A DNA stretch of 64,000 nt from a virus. Every line of letters starts with the position of its first letter. The first letter of the stretch is position 1. The notes beneath the pieces are model-generated. The model had not been told where the DNA came from and searched no databases. It worked only from the letters and a program-made list of their open reading frames with translations. The stretch is from IMG/VR virus record IMGVR_UViG_3300042558_005646; one strand, 5' to 3'. Positions 10,401 to 16,521 of this stretch are shown piece after piece. The position numbers and the translations under genes were made by a program.

Positions 10401-11897
10401 AGGAATCAAATATTCTTTTTGCTGAAATAAAGTTAAGGCAGGGAACTTCCAACCTCTCAATGGTATGGGAATTGAAAAGGAACTACTAGGTAGCTCTAAT
10501 TCAGAAATAGTTAATTCTTGATTTAAAAAATTTACATCTTCGCATCCATCTGCTCCCAGAATGTACTTAGTTGGATAATCCATATGATCAGTCGGAGAAT
10601 CAAGATCGTCAAAAATTTCTTTTGATTTTGCTCCATCCAACATTCCAAAAATCCACTTTTGAGTATTGTCAAAAGTTATAGATTTTGAATCCCTTTGTGT
10701 TGGTCTTCCTAGTATATATGTATTTGCTTCAACTAAGGCCAATCCAATTCTATCATAAGTTTGAGAACTTGAAATCTTACCTGAATTTGTTTCAACTGTT
10801 TCAAATTGTGCTTTATTATATTTTATTCTCTTGTACTGCTGTGGCCAACTAGTACTTCCAAACCCAACAAGATAAGCTGTCAATGGGTCTGTATGATTTG
10901 TTTTCCAATCATAAACTTCAGCATCAAAAGTAACAGTTCTAGTTGGTTCTCCCGAATAATTTATGTATGCATTTGAAATATTATTATAATATTGATCATA
11001 AACTGTATTAACAGAAAAGTTGCTTAGATCAACTGAAACAGTATCAGTTTTAGCTGTAATTTGACTCTTGGCATCTGATGCTAAGCCATATGTTGCTATA
11101 TAGCCACTATTTGATAAGTTCCTAGCCCATGCGTTTAAAACTTTTCCAGCAGTGTAGTTCATTCTTCTAGAAAGACCAAATGAAATTGGAACTGACTTAG
11201 AAAACTCATTAACTTGACCTTTACTATTTACTGCAGTCAACTTGATTCCCATGGTTCCCGATGAACTAGGTCTTATAAGTTCGAACCAATTAAGTGTCGT
11301 GTATCTAGGAAATTGTCTGACAGTATTTTTGTCAAATTCTTTTTGAACTACAAATTCATCATTGCCACAACCTGTCCTTGAAGGCTCTGTCTTAATTTCA
11401 GATGGAAAAAATTCTTCTATACTTACATATTCGTCTAAAGGCGCACCGTAAAAAACAGTACCTTCAACAGATCCAGAAACAATCTTAAAATTTCCTTCTC
11501 TAGGAGATTGTTCATAATTGAAGTCAACTACTTCTAGAACAAATGGTCCTGACATTCTTGTTGTTGATTGAAATTCATTTCGTTTTTCTAAAGTGAATGA
11601 AAAAAGAATATATACTTTTTTGGCAACTTCATCATAAACCACCAATCCCTGATTGATGTCAGCTCCACCACCAGGATATCTAAAAGCTGCCTCTACAGGA
11701 GGGTTATTAAGAACAGCTCCATTGAATGTAAAAGCATCATGAGAAAAATTTACAGCAGCACTAGTGGCAAAATCTTGTTTTCTTTCATTGAAATTAAACT
11801 CAGTTCCAGGAATTACCCCAAGCACAATTTCGTAATTGAATTTGAACTTTCCAATAAAACTTGTAGTTCTCGATCTATTTGTTTTATAAGTTGCCAT
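1488..11897 (-). CDS. Giant 3469-aa virion protein (tail tip/fibre/adhesin-like): long N-terminal region, 14 PKD domains, C-terminal RCC1/BLIP-II-like propeller
   Basis: Repeated PxA...F.D.SyDPDG.I..w.WdFGDG...nPtH.Y...G.Y.V.LtVTD motifs (PKD/chitinase-type Ig). C-terminal AG..H...G.lya.GsN..GQLG repeats (RCC1). Confidence 0.85.
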   Translation of the reverse strand: MATYKTNRSRTTSFIGKFKFNYEIVLGVIPGTEFNFNERKQDFATSAAVNFSHDAFTFNGAVLNNPPVEAAFRYPGGGADINQGLVVYDEVAKKVYILFSFTLEKRNEFQSTTRMSGPFVLEVVDFNYEQSPREGNFKIVSGSVEGTVFYGAPLDEYVSIEEFFPSEIKTEPSRTGCGNDEFVVQKEFDKNTVRQFPRYTTLNWFELIRPSSSGTMGIKLTAVNSKGQVNEFSKSVPISFGLSRRMNYTAGKVLNAWARNLSNSGYIATYGLASDAKSQITAKTDTVSVDLSNFSVNTVYDQYYNNISNAYINYSGEPTRTVTFDAEVYDWKTNHTDPLTAYLVGFGSTSWPQQYKRIKYNKAQFETVETNSGKISSSQTYDRIGLALVEANTYILGRPTQRDSKSITFDNTQKWIFGMLDGAKSKEIFDDLDSPTDHMDYPTKYILGADGCEDVNFLNQELTISELELPSSSFSIPIPLRGWKFPALTLFQQKEYLIPGTSNIRSFLGDGNEPNYYGNQNLSGYRYLNLQLKSKNNDQQSGIFTIEEISKGPTTLQNTTLTNKKTWSIKTNSSTFQNLYIDLCNPDNKIDNVDNQDSPYPRLNAYTTSKPLSVSSFGLLSAENKPSDDFIITKPKSGIESKTWINEVVKKQIQNSGIIYLSDSKSTNIDYFEVNTSAFPSSGGTNIIYGRPRVFNGKIKLASPFNALDGFTYDDNGNRKDIIPDYFRTLDLYIPKNDLTAGKSIDELLLRNQKGEYTEEFEVYDFDPGFPDETDILGKTVAQYTDGDLNIFTNPIQFLKQNNNPYDGVIIENPSTKVRKTYKFNEYFSLNDNGLNYITIILPSSFDRNIVFPSGSNIRLGFLDKKTDDAFRSCVIKIKKIDKIQQNKFRATLEYAKIDKNSPPNYAGIAVSNNGVYTFFSPNAPLVTVVPTRLLEFTFPLDTSLFTNIVSRDPNQNEVNAIDDYPEDEATNGPYYGVSRIAKIELDNPLIELGETKLTRTNSKANFVISGNNNTFEAKTRFNASSKITTEYFTRRFWQQNTDARDEEEGDIEWQHTQSETVDYWTPFPKSIADFCNDVNKIDQYVAPSWLDTNNSATNVIRHPGWIATKSNKSYPVDPITGNRIYTNKLDPEYLNPDTGYASWIFGGGILALPNGKTTGSGTTYQKAIDIDLNQLRIILAQTIFHRINGDFPPGLPDLFGNTSLRNQDGSAQESVLHLRGGLIARAPGHGLILPPRKSSVEDVRKANLIEVFSQQNKGSSESDIIGFYETGSVYGKNRRDHFIELEKSKNFPTPSDFRSSVRNLSQAKRERTSFKGGKTNIATNLTACESGFEQAIVIAYTVPSTKTGEENQTAVITTDSFFTTQYEKYPVGFNVNTGIGITLKGEFPFLISSELHINQTKRIHTFLLTERNSVKNSTSSHDYDSLISANTDMRNQASWHPYIQGEPKVDANFSTLSKAFKSTKLNSYLITDQAAQLFNVGYADPGAILVRSIPLNITNITAPLTDKTIFIDGVAPTFTSDFRLLEPIASSGTAHSSFPTIVQLSSREYAVAYSMSATPRKINLKIISNYQAQDRNTLLDLDVLSGNTINSDYNIYGLTSDYDEKLGLHRSVFWCNGNIYYFEHAMHSVDMNLKRNETLHLIKGRLDDPLVLELSNRKNIITYYDSSSEFNASVPKHKPALISCKKQEYNGKVIVAYDTGKCNIEAVLLNPYASILGVRKFDIECINTSDSTNTDTITNTKPIANISANPTSGQSALFVSFLSTNSYDPSGSALTYVWNFGDDTQSTEENPTHTFINNTTDPIQFKVSLVVTNANGFSSDPATVIITVNPAPVNNLLPQAKFSGTPISGSVTLSVTFTDQSSPANDGSFIQLYQWDFGDDNTAIKFDNQSFTYDYTRAGKFTPSLIIRDNLLRISSKFIGPTITVDGTVNNPPSPSFNWAQTSYSPNLKVKFTDTSSDDEGPLVAWSWNFGDNQTADVQNPEHIYADPGKYRVVLTVTDSGGLQVSGTIEITVAPPGNNPPIANFNFSQQNRKLIVEFTDLSSDSDGIISLWSWDFGDGSTDLVQNPTHAYSIAGTYQVTLKVTDSGGKFSSITKNVIVAPLINLPPIINNISGSQIGFTPLQAKFTEISIDPDGFITKWDWNFGDGQTFSTTNSLLKNPTHTYFLPGTYTIRLTVSDDGLADGTEIKTATSSIEITIVSPPANKPPIALFNVDINNILAPAVINFTDLSSDLDGKIVSWLWEFEANSSLFFNIQTYQKVVSHRFTRSGIYPVKLTVTDDGNLTNTYIFEVNIKNNLPVAELSAFPNPTLSQTQVNFFGNNSYDLDGSITKYNWDFGDGNKILQGSTRESHVYTKPGVYNASLTVTDNIGDTSTANLQITITNRNPVAVITYTSLSVKAPGSLTFNGDTSYDPDGIIVSYNWSTTNGLSANTPNATFNFTVEGSYTIYLTVTDDSGGTNTTSVLVIVTPADNVLPIAILNVDKSSGVINDTFTFDTLGSYDPDGNIVLYQIDFGDGTSKQFATPGPILHSYNRVGTFTAKLTLTDNRAGQSLETLNSKKIIIINNQPPVSSFSFTPNNAFTFDVINFSDNSTDPENNLVRWDWDFGDETSFTTRDPLQKSPQKSYNKGKRNYTASLTVYDNMGLSNTSSQVVSILNRKPFAVISTNTAPSNNTISGIAPFTVVFDSNSYDLDGTVVDYEWYLNGISSTPFITKTFTYTFTTARFIPYVVTLRVRDDDGDWSDVASIGVKVNPENIPPVSVIRANPESNTRQAPVTVSFSGAGSYDPDNIGGELIYSWDFGNGSRSSLVNTDTVYSQPGTYKVSLTVTDNLGASNTATLDYIVKNNKPIAVLDTTPPGITQVEINTPVLFTSNGSYDPDNNQFINGYKWLVDGVNQNSNTPTLSTSFSSIGYHTVTLSVFDNLGLESDPVSKTLFIISNPPPPLANQNPIAILGNEPGITGYIELKVGDTFTFDGTRSYDPEDTKNITFEWSINGVKSGFNSTFVNQFNMVGIFTVSLVVFDSQKLASTPATNLGQRYTVDVNVTVLPNPLANKLYSSGQALYGAIASGSNTPDRYGFQLIDDTKQYTIIEAGLYHTFVVDIDGKLYASGSNSNGQLGFPSNISQLNSLTLVPLAAKYKVIKVSAGDLCSAIIAEDTSINKRVLLVCGSNVNGIFGQSLPLTNIFSFQPILEKSNTNNGFSYASSNSLADVSCNSYILAFIDNKQVWVSGRSRYVNKLGISNLGFYPVNIDPNPDKYIGSTNYLNPFKVEVGFNNGLGFVTGISFDIDNQIVWFSGLSSLRGWGYAYDISTYENNIIIIASSQDPAEERSIISYGFATNEIPVFNVGYQVASYRNPGQSYIKVSTGALGLLALSQDNFYPYGDNSFGALGFAQSYTNSRNENIKSGVPINVILSNAGVIGAYDIAAGGNHSVILASNIKPSGQSFTIIRPDGYPIITNLTIYPITQIVG
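1530..2740 (-). repeat. RCC1-like repeats (beta-propeller) at the C-terminus of the 3469-aa protein
   Basis: IEAGLYHTFVVDIDGKLYASGSNSNGQLG, KVSAGDLCSAII, VCGSNVNGIFG, PYGDNSFGALG, DIAAGGNHSVIL. Boundaries approximate. Confidence 0.75.
2760..6680 (-). repeat. Tandem array of 14 PKD domains (protein-level repeat, about 85-95 aa each)
   Basis: Counted by eye from NTKPIANISANP... to NQNPIAILGNEP...; most carry W[DN]FGD or a degenerate equivalent, all end in an LtVtD-like strand. Boundaries approximate. Confidence 0.85.
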
Positions 11898-14800
11898 TTA
11901 ACTTCTTAGGAATCTATCTAACATAGTTTGTACAGTCTGCTGGGTTTCCTTACGCAGCTCTTTGATCTTCTCTTCTGTCTTTGCTTCTATGTTAAAAATT
12001 TCTTGAATTATTTCTTTTTTGATAGTATTGAATTCATTTTTCGTAATGACATTGGATACTAAATTATTTGTTACATTTTCAATTTTCTTGACAAACAACT
12101 CTTCTACTTTGTTTTCAACTATTTTTTCAGTTTTTTTCTGTTCTTCTTTTTCTGAATGATAATTATTGGAAGTAAATGTCTGCCTGTTATCTATTTTGTA
12201 ATAGTTTTCTTTTTTCTCTTTATAGACATCTATTTTTATTTGTGATGTATTATTTATGATACGATTTTGAATCTGCTCGATTTTATGTATTTTCTGAGTG
12301 ACTTTTCTTTCGTTTGTTGTTTTTTGAACATTTAATACATCTAAGAGTTGAAAGAAATTATTAACTTTTCTATCTTTACTTGTCTTAGAAATTTTCTGAT
12401 CATTATAAAAATTCATCATGTCAAAGAAATTTTGTTCAACTTTGTAAGAATTTCCCTGTACTTTGATAGTTTCTTTACTCATTTTATCGATGCGTTTTGA
12501 AATACGAGCAAATTCTTTTTCAGTTCTTTTTTCTTGTTTTATTTGCTGAGTCAAATTCAATTCAGTAAATAAATTTGAAATATTTTTCTTATTACTTTCA
12601 AAACTATAACGATTGAGAATATTTGTATTTTGCTCAGTCTCTAACAGGTTTAAACTCTGAATAAATTCTTGCATCTGGACCTTTTGAGTCTTATTCGTAA
12701 TTTGAACTACTGAATTGTTTTGAACAGAATTTGTAATGTTAATATCTTGTAAGGTTTCTCTAATTCTTTGTCTTTGCGAAATGTTGCTTATTTTGCTTTC
12801 AAATTTATTAAATGATTGAATATAATTTTTACTCAAATTAATAGCTGTAATAAAGTCTTTTTGATCAATTTTACTTAAACGATTTTCATAATTATTTTCT
12901 TGAAATACATTGTTTACATAATTCAAATTTTTAACTATTTGATCTATATTCTTAACTTGAGATACTTTATTTATTTGTTGAATGCTTGTCTTGAATTCTT
13001 TATAATTTTGAGAGATTAAATTCAAATCTTTAGTAATTTGATTGATATTATTAGTATTAGAAATCTTACTAATATTAGTAGCAGTTTCTTGAGTAACATT
13101 TACTGAATCCAAAATTTCAACATTCTTAATTATGTTTGAAATTCTATTGTATACTTTTCTTTCTTGCGCTATCTTTGTCAAATTGATAACATTCAATAAT
13201 TCTTTATTGTCAAATTTAGAAATTTTTTGAACAACATTTGAAATTTCATTTATATTTGAAATTTTAAGATTTTGAATTTCTTTGGAATTTGTAAGATTTA
13301 TCAAATTGGAAACTTGATTTATTTTACTTTCGTTGACGTTATTCAATAAAGTAATTTGCTTAATTACATCAATGTTTTCTTGGGATAAGTTGGATACATT
13401 TGTAAGCTGAGATAATTTTTCAAGATTATTGCTTACCAAATTAAATTGAGAGACTTTGATATTATCTAGTTTAGATATGTTTATTTTGCTTAGATTATCA
13501 ACAGTAGTTTGCTTGATATCTTTGGTCGCATTTATAAGATTTTTTAATTTTTCAATTTCTGAGTTGAATTCTGTTTTACTAAAGTTTGTTTCAAAGCTAG
13601 ATATAGCATCAATATTTTCTGAAATTTGATTTACATTATATTTTGCCAATCTAGTAACTTTTCTTACAAAATTTTCTTGTTTTTTGAATTCTTGAATGAC
13701 ATTAATATTCTTGATCAAATCTATTTTTTCAGTTAAATTTTCAGTATTGAAGTTTGATAACTTTTCCACAATATAATTTACATCTAATTTATTAATTGTT
13801 TTATTTATTTTAGAAACATTTTCTATTTCTTGTACTTTTTTCTGATCTACATAAATTGATGAAAACTTTGGATTTACAGATAGGGTGTTTAAGTTTTCTA
13901 AAACGCTTGAAACTTGTTTAAAGCTCTGAGCTATTCGAGTAAACGATTTTGATTCTGATAAATTAAGAATAGAATTAAATTCTTGTAAATTTTTTGAAGA
14001 TATTTTATTATCTATATTATTTACAATTTGATTTTCAGTATTGTTTATATCGATAATATTTTTTGATAAAGAAATTAAGTTCTTTATATTTTCAACAGTT
14101 GAACTTGATACTTTGGATATTTCAAGATTACTATTCTTTGAAAAATTTATTACATCAACCAAGTTTTTGATATTATTTGTGTTGATGTTGCTTTGTCTAA
14201 GAACTGTAAATAAATTATTTAATTTTTCTTCATTAGAAACTAGGGACAATAAAGATCTTACAGTTTGATTGTTGGAAATATTACTTATTTTATTAATTAC
14301 AATGTTTGAATATTCATCGACATAATCTGTGTTATTAAGAACGTTTTTAATTTCACGAGCTATATAATTGTTTGTTTTTTCTTGAATATGAACTACACGA
14401 TGGTTGACAAAAGATAAATTTTGTTGAGTTATATTCAAGTCATTTTTTATCTTAGAGATTTTACTTTCAACATACTGATTGCTATTCTTGATTGTTTTCA
14501 AGACTGCATATTGGAATTCATAATCATTTGCAGTGTATTCGTAGTTGACATTTTTGGTCAAATTAAGAATATTTTTGTAATGATTATTTTTATGAGTTAC
14601 ACTATGTCTGTGAATGTTTTGATAAGTGTTTCGTAAATTTATTTCTGTTTGTTTTATTTCTTGGACAGTGTCGTTGAAAAAATTTAGATTTTGAATAAAT
14701 TCTCTATATCTATTTTCAATGTGTCTGTAGAAATTGTAAGAAGTAGATAAATTTTTCAGGTTGGTTTCATACACCGTTTTATCTGATATATTTAAAATTC

Positions 14801-15872
14801 TATTAAATTCAAAACTTAAGTTCTTGCTATGTTGATTGATTATTTTGAAGAATTGATTTTCAACATTTGGAGACAAATTCAAACCTTTTAAGAAACTTTT
14901 ATAAATATTATCAAAATCAATTTTACTAGAATCAGAAAATTTATTTACATTATTTACTATTTGATTTAAAGTTCTATTATTATTATCAACAAAATTAAAA
15001 TCAGTTTTATTCAAAGATGTAACATTATTTGTAACGTTTGAAGATCTTATTTGTGATTGTATTTTATTATAATTTTGTAAATTTAATTGATTGATGTTTG
15101 TCGTAGAATTATTATTAACAACAACATTATTTGATGGATTTTTATTTGAAAAAGAAATATCTTGCAAATATTCGTTGATAGAATCTTTGTTTGAATTACC
15201 TGGTCTTACTTCAAATTTTTTTTTTACTTTAACTTCGCTTGGATTTAAACCGAGTTTTTTCAAACTTTCATTTATCAATGCTTCGTTTGCATTTATAGAC
15301 TCTGAACTTTCGGTGTCGTCATAAAATTGTCCAAGACCTCCAGAGCTTACTCCAGTTGTAAGCATTTCCATGAATCTAGGGTATATCTGAAAAAAGCCAT
15401 TCATAACTTTTTCGTCTACAAATTCAAACTGTTCTAAATCTAATATCTTAATTGTATCATCAGTTTTTAATGACTTTAAATTCTGTAAAGCAATCATAAA
15501 TTCAATTTGATCGTCATTCAATCCTAAAGCACTATAATCAATTAATTTTTCTCTTTTTTCTTTTATTTTGGTTGGATAAATAATATCAGGATCAATATTT
15601 ACTTTATTTAACTCAATATTTTCTGAGTAGTTTGTGTGAAAAGGATTAATTCTATAAAGTTTTCTTGGCAAAATTTTGATAGAAACATCTGGGACTTTAT
15701 AATCATCAGGGTCTTCAGTCGTGCCAGCAGTATGCAACTCTTTCTTTATATTAAAAGAAGTTGCTTTTGTGGAAGGTAAATACTGAAAATAACAATTTAA
15801 CTCTGCAGATGATACGAAAGCATCTGAAGCAATTGAAATTTTATCATATTCGATAAAATCAATATCTGACAT
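11898..15872 (-). CDS. 1324-aa Asn/Ile/Lys/Gln-rich helical low-complexity protein (tape-measure-like or internal virion protein)
   Basis: Long ORF. After about 230 aa almost no Pro, Cys or Trp, with amphipathic N/I/K/S periodicity. Stop abuts the start of the 3469-aa gene (TAAATG). Confidence 0.55.
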   Translation of the reverse strand: MSDIDFIEYDKISIASDAFVSSAELNCYFQYLPSTKATSFNIKKELHTAGTTEDPDDYKVPDVSIKILPRKLYRINPFHTNYSENIELNKVNIDPDIIYPTKIKEKREKLIDYSALGLNDDQIEFMIALQNLKSLKTDDTIKILDLEQFEFVDEKVMNGFFQIYPRFMEMLTTGVSSGGLGQFYDDTESSESINANEALINESLKKLGLNPSEVKVKKKFEVRPGNSNKDSINEYLQDISFSNKNPSNNVVVNNNSTTNINQLNLQNYNKIQSQIRSSNVTNNVTSLNKTDFNFVDNNNRTLNQIVNNVNKFSDSSKIDFDNIYKSFLKGLNLSPNVENQFFKIINQHSKNLSFEFNRILNISDKTVYETNLKNLSTSYNFYRHIENRYREFIQNLNFFNDTVQEIKQTEINLRNTYQNIHRHSVTHKNNHYKNILNLTKNVNYEYTANDYEFQYAVLKTIKNSNQYVESKISKIKNDLNITQQNLSFVNHRVVHIQEKTNNYIAREIKNVLNNTDYVDEYSNIVINKISNISNNQTVRSLLSLVSNEEKLNNLFTVLRQSNINTNNIKNLVDVINFSKNSNLEISKVSSSTVENIKNLISLSKNIIDINNTENQIVNNIDNKISSKNLQEFNSILNLSESKSFTRIAQSFKQVSSVLENLNTLSVNPKFSSIYVDQKKVQEIENVSKINKTINKLDVNYIVEKLSNFNTENLTEKIDLIKNINVIQEFKKQENFVRKVTRLAKYNVNQISENIDAISSFETNFSKTEFNSEIEKLKNLINATKDIKQTTVDNLSKINISKLDNIKVSQFNLVSNNLEKLSQLTNVSNLSQENIDVIKQITLLNNVNESKINQVSNLINLTNSKEIQNLKISNINEISNVVQKISKFDNKELLNVINLTKIAQERKVYNRISNIIKNVEILDSVNVTQETATNISKISNTNNINQITKDLNLISQNYKEFKTSIQQINKVSQVKNIDQIVKNLNYVNNVFQENNYENRLSKIDQKDFITAINLSKNYIQSFNKFESKISNISQRQRIRETLQDINITNSVQNNSVVQITNKTQKVQMQEFIQSLNLLETEQNTNILNRYSFESNKKNISNLFTELNLTQQIKQEKRTEKEFARISKRIDKMSKETIKVQGNSYKVEQNFFDMMNFYNDQKISKTSKDRKVNNFFQLLDVLNVQKTTNERKVTQKIHKIEQIQNRIINNTSQIKIDVYKEKKENYYKIDNRQTFTSNNYHSEKEEQKKTEKIVENKVEELFVKKIENVTNNLVSNVITKNEFNTIKKEIIQEIFNIEAKTEEKIKELRKETQQTVQTMLDRFLRS

Positions 15873-15884
15873 AAATTAATTGTA
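15872..15884 (-). promoter_or_regulatory. Putative -10 box for leaderless transcript (TACAAT-N6-ATG)
   Basis: Minus strand TACAAT (15884-15879) taattt ATG (15872); no SD. Confidence 0.4.
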
Positions 15885-15891
15885 AAAGAGA

Positions 15892-16521
15892 TTATTTCTT
15901 TTTGAATCTATGGTGATGAATTTTAGTAGTCAATTCGTTTCTTGTTTCTTTTGGATGTTCAAGAGCAGTTCCAAAATCTGGACTACCTTCAGAATCATCA
16001 TAAAGAGAATTATAGTAATCTTCTATCTCTTCATCAGCTTCTTTGACCATATCATCTTCTGCAATCTTGATAAACTTAGCACTAGTGTGTGCATTCAATG
16101 TAGCAGATTCTCCAACTAACAAAGATACTACATAGTCATCAAGTTCTGCTAAAGCTTGTTCTCTAAGTTGAATTTGTTTTTCTAAAGAAGCAACTTCTCT
16201 TTTCAAGGATTCTTGAGCGTCTACAGTTGACACTTCAACATTTTTTCCACCAATATTGCCGAACAGAGGAGTGTCATAAGCTCCTCTAATATTCTTAATT
16301 TCATTTAAGTCTGATAGCTTTATTTTGAGTAATTTTAGAAATTTGTCAAGTTTTTGTCTTTTACCATCAAATGTAACATCAACAGCTATCTGCTTATAAG
16401 TAGGATATTTTTTCTCTATTTGTGTAATTTCTTGCTGAACTTTAGATTCATTTTTATCAAAATCAGCTTTTGTCAATTTTGGAGTGTATATTTCTGTTTG
16501 AGCTAATACTTTCTTAAACAT
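15892..16521 (-). CDS. Hypothetical protein, 209 aa (coiled coil, acidic C-terminus)
   Basis: ORF track 15892..16527; start moved to ATG 16521, which has GGAG 6 nt upstream. Confidence 0.75.
   Translation of the reverse strand: MFKKVLAQTEIYTPKLTKADFDKNESKVQQEITQIEKKYPTYKQIAVDVTFDGKRQKLDKFLKLLKIKLSDLNEIKNIRGAYDTPLFGNIGGKNVEVSTVDAQESLKREVASLEKQIQLREQALAELDDYVVSLLVGESATLNAHTSAKFIKIAEDDMVKEADEEIEDYYNSLYDDSEGSPDFGTALEHPKETRNELTTKIHHHRFKKK

Noticed and set aside
15216-15225. A10 run (slippery or phase-variable site) in the 1324-aa gene
   Set aside because: Runs of this length are expected by chance in a sequence this AT-rich; it encodes VKKKF in frame and I see no downstream stimulatory structure.
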